Shown here piece by piece: positions 25,001-37,148 of a stretch of DNA of 64,000 nt. The translations under genes and the position numbers were made by a program. Numbering within the stretch: the first letter of the stretch is position 1; every line of letters starts with the position of its first letter. Origin of the DNA: Lingula anatina (lineage: Eukaryota; Animalia; Brachiopoda); NCBI GenBank assembly GCA_051362555.1, contig CM120640.1, forward strand, positions 1,240,001 through 1,304,000, read 5' to 3'. The notes under the pieces were generated by a model. It made no database searches, was not told the DNA's origin, and worked only from the letters and a program-made list of their open reading frames with translations.

Positions 25001-25653
25001 ACGTGCCTGTTGATGGTTCTAATATACTGTACACTGGCTGTGCTCAAGAACCGTTAATAGCAGTGCTAATGCATGAATTTTCACGTTAATTTAAAGTAAA
25101 ATATTGCACGACTGCAGTAAATTTGTAAAGTTTGGAAATCACTCCTGTTTGAGATACATATTGTACCAGTTGGCTTAATTTATAACATATCCAAAATAAA
25201 TTAATTGCTTGTTGGAAAAGGTCAAACTCCATTTCCACATGTTTCTTCTCCTTTTTAATAGAGACCATAAAATGAAAATGTCTATTTAAAATTACAGATA
25301 TATAATGTATTTATGAATAATAGTACATGTACAGGTCAGCATGTACAGCGTTCAATTGAGATAATTAAAAGCCAATAAGCTAATAATTCAACAACTTTTA
25401 AAGCAATTTCAAGATCACAAAGTGCAAAAGAAACACATCAAGAAGTCTCTTGATTAAAAAAAAACGTTTTTCATCAAATGATAGGGGGTTAGTAGGGTAT
25501 TTGGGTACTAGGGGACTACAGTGAACTAACATGTCCCGCAGACGGATATTCTGCTTTGTCTTCAGCTTGGATTTCGGGAGCCCCCCACGATACCGTTTCC
25601 CCATTGATGTTCCTCGTCACGTCCACCAAGTGCTCTTTACTTTCTCCTTCCAT
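16010..25653 (-). CDS. Amino-acid transporter, Aa_trans (AAAP; SLC32/36/38, AVT1-like) family, ~460 aa
   Basis: Eight exons with GT/AG ends and consistent phases: 25531-25653, 24743-24842, 23543-23711, 22111-22302, 17622-17869, 17041-17247, 16393-16582 and 16010-16163 (1383 nt). Motifs include [48 protein letters not shown] and [16 protein letters not shown]. Confidence 0.93.
16600..16843. repeat. AT-rich minisatellite (~55-bp unit, ~4 copies) in transporter intron 6
   Basis: Recurrent TTATTATGGGCAAAATTGAATCAAATATTAAATAATAGTAAATAAT-like unit. Confidence 0.8.
17903..17965 (-). repeat. Intronic duplicate of the 5' part of transporter exon 5, with its own acceptor-like site
   Basis: About 52 nt ([17 protein letters not shown]) are duplicated. 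On the minus strand the copy follows a poly(T) tract and GTCCAG. Confidence 0.85.
18371..19940. repeat. 146-bp tandem satellite, ~10.8 copies
   Basis: Monomers TAGGTCAAAGGTCAATTTCAAGGTCACAG...GTTCATGGTGAAAAG start at 18371, 18516, 18662, 18808, 18954, 19100, 19246, 19392, 19538, 19684 and 19830. Confidence 0.97.
20184..20474. mobile_element. Nested MITE (291 bp) with TACGG...CCGTA termini and a 6-bp TSD, IS3EU-like
   Basis: TIR TACGGAAGCCGACTGGTGCCATATGT at both ends, flanked on both sides by CATTTT. The interior is built from five copies of the near-palindrome TATCTCGAAATTTCGAGATA. Confidence 0.85.
20389..22050. repeat. ~817-bp tandem duplication of the terminal part of the Helentron-like element
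   Basis: ~20389-21205 and ~21206-22050 are near identical (the paired ORFs 20397/21214 are offset by 817). The second copy has a longer GGCGGAGCC run. Confidence 0.93.
24075..24795 (-). repeat. 82-85-bp tandem array (9 copies) made of the 3' half of transporter exon 2, its splice donor and ~30 nt of spacer
   Basis: Minus-strand unit GAAATGGCAGGGAGTGGTGTGCTGGCACTGCCAAGGGCAGTAGAGAATTC(T/A)G|GT(G/GA)GT...ATACATGTATGGTGTTATAGTA, which encodes [18 protein letters not shown] in each copy. Confidence 0.95.
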
Positions 25654-25885
25654 CGTTATGACATGATATGATTCAGTATTTGCATAAATGGTACATAAAA
25701 ATGCTTCTTATATGGGGTTAGTCCAACGGCACTTCCTGAACTTCGCCACCTTCGTTATTTACATCACATGATAAGTCATATGACTGCCACATGACTTGTA
25801 ATGCAATAATCTGTCCAACATGGCGGCGCCCACTGTGGTTTGTCTCAACAATGACACAAACTAAAACAATAATCCAAGCCGCGGT
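25654..25885. promoter_or_regulatory. Compact bidirectional promoter between the transporter (-) and IBA57 (+)
   Basis: The genes are head-to-head. Motifs: ETS-like ACTTCC (~25730), TTACATCA (25759-25766), TCACATGA and CACATGAC E/M-boxes (~25764-25795), and YY1-like CAACATGGCGGC (25816-25827). A donor GTATGT at 25884 ends a probable IBA57 leader exon. Confidence 0.65.
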
Positions 25886-26013
25886 ATGTTTTGATTAGTT
25901 TCTAATATGTTTTGTTCGCAATTAAGATAGCATACATTCTATTTTAATGCTTAATTAAAACTTAAAAAGGATTTTCTTACTTGAAGGTCAATCGCGTAAA
26001 AATTTGGAGACTT

Positions 26014-26101
26014 AGGCTTCGTTCACATGCAATGCCTATTTTCTAAATTCTATTTTCTATTTGCGGTATGTCTTATGATCACGGTCTGTGGCCTGAATAT
26101 C
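26014..26101 (+). mobile_element. Truncated single arm of the foldback MITE seen complete at 60400-60660
   Basis: AGGCTTCGTTCACATGCAATG.CTATTTTCT...GGTATGTCTTATGATCACGGTCTGTG..CTGAATAT matches the left arm of the 60.4-kb element. Confidence 0.85.
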
Positions 26102-26235
26102 ATTCTCTTGCTACTGTATTTACTTGCATTCACCAGTACATATATTTTTACATATATGTACTTACAGGTAATATGGGATCTGAATAATTCTTGGAAGAAA
26201 ATTATTCATAAAAAAGAAACATTTGGAATATTAAG

Positions 26236-29200
26236 ATGCTGGTAGGAAAACATCGAATGGCTTCGACTTTATGTAAACACTTACCACTGACACCAGTGTT
26301 AACAAGACAGTACACCCTTTTTAGTGTGAAGACAAGACTCTTGGTGTCAGGATCACAAAGATCAGCTTTGTATCAGAAAAGGACTCTAGCAGAGCAGTCA
26401 ACAAAACAAGCAGATATTTCAGCAGGTCTAAGATATCAGCAGCTGGCACATCGAGGGTTGATCCGCTTTGCTGGCCCAGACTCGACGCAGTTTCTTCAGG
26501 GACTCATCACTAATGATATGAACTGCCTTCAGAGAGAGTTGGACTGTCATAAGATGGCACTGTATGCTTTCCTGTTGAATGTGAAGGTAAGTACATTGAC
26601 AGTGTTGCTCTACTGCATAGTCAGTTGTTTAACTTGGCTAATGCAAACATGTACTGTATTTGGGTTTTCTCAATTACACAATTGGGCTAAAAAAAGTTAA
26701 AAAAAAGGTTTATTCCAGTTAAAATATTTTTAAAGATTTATTTCATATCAGTTAATTGATTTATATATGAAATATTTTATGCATGTTAAATATGACCAAA
26801 CATATATATGTATACCATTGCAGACCATGGGATAATTTTACTTATTTGTTTTATTCTTACATTACACAGTGTAATTATGGACATGCAGCAATATATGTTA
26901 GTATGCAAGGTCAGTTGGGATAGACCTACAAAGTACAAGTTATTTGCAGGGGCGGACCCAGAGGTGTTTTCTGAAAATCTTTCTCATAATTTTTTTATCA
27001 TTTCTGACCGTCTTCCAACAGAAAAAATTCAATATCCGTCACTATAAAATTGAGAAATTCTGACCGTCTTCCTGAAGACCCAGAAGATGGCTTCCATCCA
27101 CCCCTGATTTGTATGTGTTTCAGGTGGTGTGTGTTTGTCTACAACATCCGCAAGGCCCCTGATACACACATCTATATTATATATATAAGTAATATATTTG
27201 TATACAATGTGATTACATTGAAGTTATTTCTACACATGTATTTACAGGGCCGTGTGGTGTGTGACATGTTTGTGTACAACATCAGTAAAGCCCCTGATAC
27301 ACACATATACCTGCTGGAGGTGGACACAGAGCTGGTGGACGAAGTACACACTACCATGAAAAAATACCGCCTGAGAAAGAAGGTGAGTTGATCCTATTTA
27401 TGAAGTATATTTAGCAGGTCGGCAGACGGGGGTGGAGGGGGGGGGGGGTGGGGGGGTGAAAAGGACAGCTTTTACAAAAAAATACCCCCTTTAGGATTGC
27501 CAGCTACAGGTCATGGTTGCAGTGTTTCAGTTTTTAAAAAGCTGAAATTTCATGTTATGGTGGTACATATACATGGCTTATTAACTGAATGATTAAACCT
27601 GTAAACAAAGATAACCCTTCATCATAGTTGAGTGAAAATAGGAAAAGCATTGATCACAGTACATGTGTAATTGGTCATAGTTGTTGATTCTGGGGTATAA
27701 AATACCAATATAGTTTTTTTTTATTTTTGAAAAACTTGCAGGTTATCCATTTTATTCTACAGGTTGAAATTGCTGTAACAGACGAACTGAAAGTAGTGGC
27801 AGTATTTCCCATTGAAGATGGACCCTTTGACGCTGAGCTTACTATAGGTGGCACTGATGGTGCACCGTTAGTAGCCGTTGAGAAAGACCCCAGACTAGCC
27901 GCCATGGGCTACAGACTAGTGCTGCCAGCTTTTGATGATGGTCAGTTATGTGATTTTTTTCCTTTATGGTGAATCTTGGAATGTGTCTTTTTTTTTTGGA
28001 ATAAAAGACTTTGATAATAAATCAGCTTAAATTGATTTTCAATCTCATCATTGTAAGAATATACTATATGTCATGTAGCATTTGATAGGCAAAAATGCAT
28101 ATGGAATTTTCTGATATATTTGTTAATGAATTCAATTTGAAAATAAATTAACAATTTCTTTAATATTGTGTAATATTTGGTATTAATAAGATTATTTGTG
28201 CAACTTGTTGCTGAAAATACCAGTGAAAATCTTAGTCAGAAAATGCACCATTATCAGCAATGGATTCACCTGCCTCTACTTGCACTGTTCTTCAGTAACA
28301 GCTCACCTTCCTGGTGTGAAGGAAGCAGACAACCCCTCTGCCTACCACATGAAGAGACTCCGTCTTGGTATTGGAGAGGGACCTACGGATCATCCGCCAG
28401 GAAAAGCACTGCCACTGGAGTGTAATGCTGCATATCTACATGGAGGTTGGTCTGCATGTGTGTGTGTGTGTGCACGCACATGCACATACATGTTTGTGTG
28501 TGTGTCTGTCTGTCTCTCTGTCTGCGCATGTATGTTCATGCATGTGTGTGTGTGTTTGCTATTCATTAGTGGACATTATCTTATTTTCCTTACCAAAATA
28601 TAGTATTTAAGAAATAATGCCTAACTTACCAATATGAGGGATGTCATCAAAGTTGGGTTATTTGGTCAAAGCCTACATCTTATCCTAAGGAACCATGCCA
28701 ATACAGTTGTCTACAAAAGCAATGTTACCCTCACCTGGAATAAAACTCATGAAGTGGATCTCTGATCTGTACAACATTTCATCAGATTTTATTCTTACTA
28801 TGTACATGTATGTAACTGTATATAATGATTGCTTTCAGTGACTTTTGACAAAGGCTGTTACATTGGTCAAGAGTTAACTGCCAGAACACACCACACAGGA
28901 GTGATAAGAAAGAGAATCATGCCTCTTCTGATAGATAGGTAACAAGACATTGAAAATAATGTCAGGAACTTGTTTTGAAATTTTATAATTAAAATTTGTT
29001 TATAGATCACTAAAATATTGTAGTAATCTGCAAATTATCACTACAGTACATGTTTTCTTTTCCCCAATTTTCCAAATGCATGAAATATTGTTAATTATAG
29101 TAAAAAAACTTTGAAAAAAATGCATGACATTACTTTTTAAAAAAGAATATCAAAAATCAATTTTAATTATTTCCAGTCAAAGCCCTGTTGACTTGCAGGC

Positions 29201-29408
29201 AGAGGATGTTTTAGTTAATTCAAATGGAAAAGAATGTGGGATATTTCGCAGTGCTATTGGACAGTACGGACTTGGACTGATGAGAGTGGATGAGACTAAA
29301 GGCCCCTTAACTGTCAGACGGAAGGGCGTAGAGAAGTCAGATGTAAAAACTATCCACGGTGTTACTGTTACAGCTCGGCAGCCATTTTGGTGGCCTAGCA
29401 GTACCTAG
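26236..29408 (+). CDS. IBA57: Mitochondrial iron-sulfur cluster assembly factor IBA57 (CAF17/YgfZ family), ~381 aa
   Basis: Exons 26236-26586, 27248-27382, 27763-27940, 28296-28445, 28839-28938 and 29177-29408 (1146 nt, consistent phases). The family signature [22 protein letters not shown] is present, with [28 protein letters not shown] and PLECN, and a basic presequence-like N-terminus. Confidence 0.96.
26947..27106. mobile_element. Small degenerate MITE with CAGGGGCGGA...TCCACCCCTG termini
   Basis: Short imperfect TIRs, an internal TTCTGACCGTCTTCC repeat, and ATTTG on both flanks. Confidence 0.5.
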
Positions 29409-31187
29409 GGTTTTCTCTACTGACTGTGTCAGTACATTGTGTTCCCATTTTTAACAGCTGTGACAAGAATAAACTTTTCATAAATTGCAAGGAAGTTTCA
29501 GGAGTTTTTTTTATTCAGTCAAAAATTAAACACAAGAATGAATAAAAATGTTCTGGATAAAGTTGCCAGAATAAAGGATTTTGGAACATTTTAAGATGGC
29601 TGTTAAATATCAAATGGCTTGCACAAACGCCTTCATTTACAGTAAGATCGAATCTTGTTCTTTGCGGAATATTATTTAAACAAATTCTAATTTCTTACCC
29701 TTGGATTGTGTTTGCGATGAGAGCGAAATGCCCAATCTTGGTCCTGACGCAAATACCACAATTTATAGGGCAGACGGCCGCAACTTTTCCAATCTAAAGG
29801 ATGTACATACCTTACAGAGGGCTTTTTGCTGTAGAAGTATATGAATGATATTTCAAACCTTAGGTCAGTAAAATTCAAAGCCGACTTTCAATTTCATGCA
29901 TGTTTCTAATCACTATAGTCTAATTTGTTAAAAGTTGAACCTAATAGTTTTAATAGCCCCAAATATGTAACTTTAAAATATCACACAGGCGGGGGAGGAA
30001 GCAAACGGCGTGGAGACTGGATATGTTGATTTTTTATTTATTTTGTTTTGGGGAAAGGGGGTCGTCCAGGGTTCTATTTGATAGCACATTTAAATAATTG
30101 AAATAGTCGCACTTGGAATGTGTGTGTAGCCAGTAAAAAATGAAGGTGTTCTATGTTTGCATTCTCACACAATACTGCCGAAAAAAATTAATTTGATGTC
30201 ACCTTTCAACCTTAAAGTCAGTAGTGATAAGACATTTGAATAACTTTTCAATTACTTTTGCCTGTGCGAAAGAATTATGTAAGCAATAAATGGTCATGAG
30301 AGAGGTTTGACGCAGTAAATTTACCGAAATCTGGAACAGAAATGCATCAACGCCTGAATTTTGTATTGAATAGATGAAGAAAAGTAAACATCATTTCGGC
30401 AAAACACAAAATACAGGAAACGAGAGTTTTATTCTGGGGTTTTGCAGTAATGCTTAACATAATTTGTCCTGGCAAAATACTGTTTCTTCGGGGAGCTCTT
30501 GTATGTTTGTTGTCCTCGTGGTCCGGAAGTGACCTTTGAATAACTAAGCACCAGTGGCAATAACAAATGAAGACTTAATTTTCTCATGTTCAGACACGCT
30601 CCCGTCAAATATTTGGACAGGGAAAATGTGACGTTTTTCGCATGCCTCTGACAAACAAAAGCTGTAAATGATCTCTTAGTATATCCTTTTAATTATGTGT
30701 GTACCAATTAAAAAAGAGAACCTGTTGGTGATTTTCTGTTGGCGACCCATTACATCCGATTGCTCTCTCTGTCGCCGGTCAATATTTGCGAGAACTGTCC
30801 AAAGAATGGCTTTAAAATGTGGAGCTAAACATCATAATTAGTATAGTCTGTGAGCCGCCCTTGACGACAAACATGTAAATGTTGGTCTATTTCAACCTTA
30901 TTATGTATTATGATAAAAACTATTTTTAAAAATCAATGCTCATCAATAATGCAGCCAGTTTTATTAACGTTGCTATAGCAATCTAGTTTACCTAATATTT
31001 ATATTATATAAACTTACGTTTATAAACTCGGTATTATGTTTTTCTATGAACCAAGAACTTATAGAAACATAAAAAGTAACACCGAGAACAGATAATAAGA
31101 TAGGTCTGTCTATGGTATATCATGTTATTTTATTAAATCGTGATTTGATGTACGTCCATCAAACACGCCTCTTTTATTAAGAAAAAA

Positions 31188-31766
31188 GATACATGTAATA
31201 CAGAGTTTTTTATTGATAACATTGCCACATATCGCATTATGGTGATTAATATGATGTCACTGGAAACACATGCTGTCTTTTATTTTTTGTTCATTCTTCT
31301 ACTTTTATCGTTTTGCTATTTTAACTTCTTCCCATCTCGTCTTTCAAGGTTATCATGATATCAGTTACTTTTATTAAAAGTGTTTAACAAAATAATATTT
31401 TTCTCAAGCATTCATCACAAGGAATTATTGAATTTCGATTGAAATAGACTCGGATGTTTTCATTAATTGCGTGATGATGATACATGTAATACAGAGTTTT
31501 TTATTGATAACATTGCCACATATCGCATTATGGTGATTAATATGATGTCACTGGAAACACATGCTGTCTTTTATTTTTTGTTCATTCTTCTACTTTTATC
31601 GTTTTGCTATTTTAACTTCTTCCCATCTCGTCTTTCAAGGTTATCATGATATCAGTTACTTTCATTAAAAGTGTTTAACAAAATAATATTTTTCTCAAGC
31701 ATTCATCACAAGGAATTATTGAATTTCGATTGAAATAGACTCGGATGTTTTCATTAATTGCGTGAT
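31188..31766. repeat. Near-perfect ~291-bp tandem duplication
   Basis: Copies start at 31188 and 31479 (GATACATGTAATACAGAG...) and show about one visible substitution. Confidence 0.95.
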
Positions 31767-34700
31767 TTTTTTTTTCTTTGATCTAAAAAAAGGAATCCCG
31801 CCATTTACGCAGGCAACAATGACGTTTTGTCCTTTATTTTCCGGGGCTTATCGCTATTTTTTTTTTCTTTTTCGTTTTTTTTCTGCACTCCGAGCCATTA
31901 CTCTTGACGTCGTTTATCAAATTCAGTTTATTAAAGAGAAACTGAACACGTGTAGGTGCCTATAGTGTAAATGTTCAGAATTAATCATCGTAACACGTAC
32001 CTGGACAGGCAGGTAAACACCAAGTGATAACGACATTAGTTCTGATTATTCAGAGATGAAAGGTAATCAAGTACGTGAACTGATACACAATTCAGTTGGA
32101 CTGACAGGTGCAAGAATACCGCTCAGTCTCAATACATCAGTAAACCTTTTAATATGTTTTAACTGTATGTCCCAAAAGGTACCACACACCTAAATATCTA
32201 TAGAACTGGGCCGTGGTTCCCTCCAATGTTTCTAAGGTCGTATATCGATCATGTTCTTATATTCATAATTTCCAGTCCATTACCCCGGGTGTAGCAGCTC
32301 GCACCAATTAGGGATACACAAACAAACACGTCAAACATGCTTTCACGACATGAACACCTTCCCCAAAGGGAAAGACTTGGGGTTATATCACATCTCCCCT
32401 ATCCTTATTGATATTGGGGAGTAGTAAAAGTGCTGCTAATCAGTCTGATTACCTTAACGATCTACATTAATTGAATTTAATTCCCTGCTATTACCAATAT
32501 ATTAGGATATTTTTCTCGTTAGAAGATGCCCTGTGGAGAGCGTTGTGGAAAGGAGGAAGAGAGGTTGATGTGAAGGTAAGAGGTGATATGGTTCTTGTTT
32601 AGTACTTATGTCTAAGTTTCACTCAAAAAACTAGGCGTCCATTTTTTTTTTTTGAATAAAATTCTATTGAAATTTCTTTTCTCTTGGTATAATAGTATAA
32701 TCATTGTTAAGCACCCTTAGTGTTTTGGTCGATTTCTTTTGAAATCAATGATATGGGATAAAACCCGTAAGAGGGAAGGTGTTAAGGGTTAAAATAAAAT
32801 CCTAGAAATCCAATGCCCTTAGAAAGAAAATAGCATTGTGAAAACGTCCAGCATCTGAAAGGCAGCTGGGACAACATTGTTAATGAAACTCCAAGCAAAA
32901 ATAACAGAGCGTGCTACCAATTAGCGCGATAAACTCGTGAACTCGCCACAGAAAATGCAGGAGAGATCGATTACACCCACCCTGGAATAAAGTTAAATTG
33001 CAATCAACTAGCGATAGAATAGAAAAGACACCCCTTGTCTCCACGGCTTGAATTAATAATACAACGTCGCTCGAGGAAATGATACCGCTGCGAATTCCAT
33101 TAAAACTGAGTTGAATGCCGGTGAAGTCCGTTGCTATTAGCTACGTTCAGACAGGACCTCTTTGACCGGTATTAAGTTCACTGGCGTCATCGGGTGAGAA
33201 GATTACAATGGGACAGTGAGGTTGATCAGTGACGCACTTTGGGCCGATTTCCGGTTTCATATAGGCCCGTTTGAACGCACACAGGAGGCGTATTGATGAA
33301 AACTGGGCGGAAGACTGATGTATAAGTAATAAAGATATCGTGCTTAATTCAGTTTTCAAGAGTCAATGTCAACTTCTCAATTCTCAATTTACGACCGATT
33401 TCATTATTGTTATACAATATCATTCTTTATGCGTTCGATGCGTTTATTTGAGACGGAATGTAATATTGGAAACTTCCATTAGTAAGAGTCCGGTTTTTAT
33501 TTAGACCATTCTATTGGAAGATAAAAGGTGGGATACAGCTCGATTAAATATAAAAAATGCCATACAATTAAGCGAGAAGAGGATAACATTTCAGCGCGTT
33601 CTGACAACAATTGACCGTTAATACAATAGCATTAGGACGGCCTAGAATGTTTCTCTGTAAATCGACATGATTTCAGCCATTACTTGTCAGCAAACACGGC
33701 GTGAGGTTCAGTATCAATAGAGCGAGCTGAACAAATACTCCCCGGGGGAAGGTTGGGGAGGCTTTCTTATACAGCAACTGCTGCTGTCGTCAGTGCATCG
33801 CAACAAACTAGAAGCCATATCGACGTAATGAAACATTTACATTGTTGTGGACACGGAGTCAACTACACAGATTGACTTAGCAGAGAAGTCTCTAACCAAG
33901 TCAGTGCGCCAGGTACCTGGGTACCTAACTTCGAGTTGACACGTTAAAACCTACGAGATATTTAATTTTGAGGATAATGTTTCACTCTTTACAGATGTGA
34001 TGCCACGAACCGTTCTGGAGGTTAAAGTGGACGGGAGTAAGTTCCAACAAAGTGAAATGAAAAGTGAACACTGGATGTCTTTTATCTGGTAACAGTCACG
34101 CCCCACCAAAATACATGGAGTTAGTTAGAGGAAACACTGAGCTCACCAGTACCTTTCCGGACAACAAACCAGAGCCGAGCACCATAAAGAGATCTGTTAG
34201 CAGACTAGGTAAGAAGCTATTTGTTTCTTGATGGCATTCTCATAGTAAAAACACAATTTCAGACAACTTGGGCTAGATTGTAGTCGGCTAGTGAAAGATA
34301 TTTATATACCATTCGCCATGTTAGTTGAGAATAGATAGTGGCAGTGGCTACTATCTGTTGGTGTAGATAATTCATTATCATGATAAGTTAAATGTCTGCA
34401 AATTTTGCATGTTGCTTGATGAAAATGATCACTGCTAGGACACACACCGTGATGGCGGATCAGAATAAGGAGATACGTTAACGGACTGTTGTGATAAGTA
34501 GAAGGACTGAGGCATGCTTACTTTTAGGAAAAATACTTACATTCAGTCTTTCTACAGTATATCGCTTTAAAAAGAAGATAAACTTTTAAAACATTTTATG
34601 ACAAAAAATGATAATAATAAAAAAAAGAAAAAAAAAATAAACCCGACAATAAAGAACTAAATTCCGGGAATTATTTGTGTGTGATACGGGGTAGTAAGTT

Positions 34701-35474
34701 AGGCATTTCGGCGACATGCGTAAAAAAGTCTAGATAAGGAAAAAAGATAAAAACAAGGAACAAAATTGTTTCAGAAGCAGATGCCAAGTATATATATTTT
34801 ATGTCGTAGATCGAAAATACATCAACCAAGTAGGTCTCGAATTGTAAGTTTTGCCTGTGTATTTCCCCGGGTCGTACATCTTGTACCTCTAATAAACACA
34901 CCATTGAAACTGTAATTCTCACGTTATGGATCAGCGCAGTGTAATGTGCCACAGGATCACTGTAAATGTAGTACATTTATACTGAATCTGTCGGCATAAG
35001 TCTTGGATCACTGATATTTAATTGGAAAAGAAATTAACTTGCTGTAATTTTTGCACCGGGACGTCCTTGTTTGTATATGTTTTTTGTTATCTAAACGTGT
35101 TCACATTTATTTTTCTGTTGTTGTCTGATGCGATTATTTAAATTATATCTGCAGCCATTTCTGCGTGTATCTTTTTAATAACTGGTATAAAGGTATAAAT
35201 CTAGTTACGAAATTTGCACAGGTAATAGTTTTTGTCGGGGGGGGGGGGGGGGGGGGGCGGTGGTGTATTAAAAATCACTGTTAAGTTTTCTGTGAGTGCA
35301 ATAATTCGCCGGAGTTAATGTGTTCTCATTTCATTACGATTGCAAGGCGTTTAAGTATTCTCTTTCTCTTTTGATTTTATTTCTAGCTGCAGCGTCCAAT
35401 CCGTCGATGGCCGCAACAAGCACCTGCAGAGCCTGACGAAAAAGGCACTCAGTTAATTTCTTGCGGTGTCCGCC

Positions 35475-37148
35475 ATGCCGCCCAAGGTGGAGATGCGGAG
35501 AAAACCGGACCGGCTGATGGTTGTAAACCGTCGAAACCGAATGGAAAACGTGCGCTTAGAGCAACGAGTGAAGGTCCTGGAAAAATCCACCACCAACAGC
35601 TCCCTGGAACTGACCAAAGACATGAAACAGATCGAGTCCGGGATTAACGCCATGAAGCAGACGACCGGGAGAAGCGCTGAGGGCCTCCCGCCAGATAGCG
35701 CCCAGGATAAGACACACACGAAGTCGGATTACTTTCGTTTCGGACCGCGGATCAGCGCGCGTCGCTTGCACAAATGGCACACTAAAGAAAAAGAGTTGAG
35801 TAAGTTTCTACAGAGCACCAGCGTTGCCACAGAAAGCATAGTGAATGACAAATCCGAGGCAACAAAAGATACGATAGATAAAGAAGAAGAAAACGACGAG
35901 GATGATGAAGACAACCGTGCCCCGTCAGTGATAAATTCAGAGCCAGTGACTGTACGCAATACTTATTTAAATCGACGCAAAAGTCTCAGTTGCACTGACG
36001 TTTTTCACGCGATTCGCCCAAATGTACAACTGTCTTCCTCGCCTCGTGATCGCCCACCTTCAGCTAACAATGTGTGCTCTAAAGAAGAAACGCACAGAGA
36101 CAAATTCTCCATATCGGAATGGGAGAAAAATGTAATACAAAATTACACAGCTGTGTTGACGAAACCCGTGAAAGTTAAAAGGACGTTCCGTAGACCCCTT
36201 AGCGCATTTTTGCCATCGGGTGAATTTCGTCCCCAGTCGGCGTGGTCACGGTCTCCAAGACGGCCCAAGTCCGCTCCGCCGACGTCTCAAACCGACGTGC
36301 AACCAAGGACGGGTAAATCGTTATGGGGGATAGCCAAAAATACGTTTTGCAAGGAATGGACGGTGGGTGGTGAGCCGCAGGTTTCAGAAAACAGCACAAA
36401 CACTCCAATTATGTCAGACGACCCCAAGGTTCGCTTGGCCAACGTGCGTGCTCACTACAACGGGGTTTCTAAACGTTTCGCCAAGAAGAGTGCGGAGCGC
36501 GAGGAAAAACTTTGGATTGAAATACAGAGGAAAGAATCTGGACTTTCGTGGTTTACTTCCCCGAAACCTGAAGGGAACGCTGTGTTACAGAACTATTTTG
36601 CCAGAAAATTTGCTCAACATTTAGCATTTAGTGCATTTTCGCAAACTACGCCGACGTCGGGCGGTTCAGCCACGGAGTCTGCGCAAACGTCAGGACAGAA
36701 TGTTAAAACGCCTTCTGCACAAAACACGACTGTGTTAACAAACGAGAAGACGCCAGATGAAAACGAAGAAAATGACACAACGAAAAATGGAGGCGGTTTT
36801 CGTCTTCAGAGGCGCATAACAAAACTTATGAAGGACTGCGGTACAAATGAAAGCGCTGAGAAGAAATCTAAACCCATGGCTCTATCAAAATCGGCAAGAA
36901 AACGTGAACTGGAGCAAATGGTGACGGAAAACACAATGGACGTGAAACAGATCGCTAAAAAGGAACAGTCGCGTAGATTACAGTCGCGCGTGTCCATGAT
37001 CATGGAAATGTTCCGTCTGAGCAATGCTTTCGGAGGAGGAAATAAAAATAACGATGATATTGCCCCATCATCTACCTCGGAGAAAAAGACAGATGATAAT
37101 AGTTTGAACAAGGTTGCTGCCTTACAAGCACCAAATGTTAGCTCATAG
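35475..37148 (+). CDS. Uncharacterised protein, paralog 1 of the five-gene cluster (557 aa; possibly CCDC190/DUF4697-like N-terminal helix)
   Basis: Long GC-richer ORF with ATG in CCGCCATG context, downstream of an acceptor at 35386. Candidate non-coding upstream exons exist, e.g. 33995-34208. It carries the shared N- and C-terminal motifs. Confidence 0.85.
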   Translation: MPPKVEMRRKPDRLMVVNRRNRMENVRLEQRVKVLEKSTTNSSLELTKDMKQIESGINAMKQTTGRSAEGLPPDSAQDKTHTKSDYFRFGPRISARRLHKWHTKEKELSKFLQSTSVATESIVNDKSEATKDTIDKEEENDEDDEDNRAPSVINSEPVTVRNTYLNRRKSLSCTDVFHAIRPNVQLSSSPRDRPPSANNVCSKEETHRDKFSISEWEKNVIQNYTAVLTKPVKVKRTFRRPLSAFLPSGEFRPQSAWSRSPRRPKSAPPTSQTDVQPRTGKSLWGIAKNTFCKEWTVGGEPQVSENSTNTPIMSDDPKVRLANVRAHYNGVSKRFAKKSAEREEKLWIEIQRKESGLSWFTSPKPEGNAVLQNYFARKFAQHLAFSAFSQTTPTSGGSATESAQTSGQNVKTPSAQNTTVLTNEKTPDENEENDTTKNGGGFRLQRRITKLMKDCGTNESAEKKSKPMALSKSARKRELEQMVTENTMDVKQIAKKEQSRRLQSRVSMIMEMFRLSNAFGGGNKNNDDIAPSSTSEKKTDDNSLNKVAALQAPNVSS

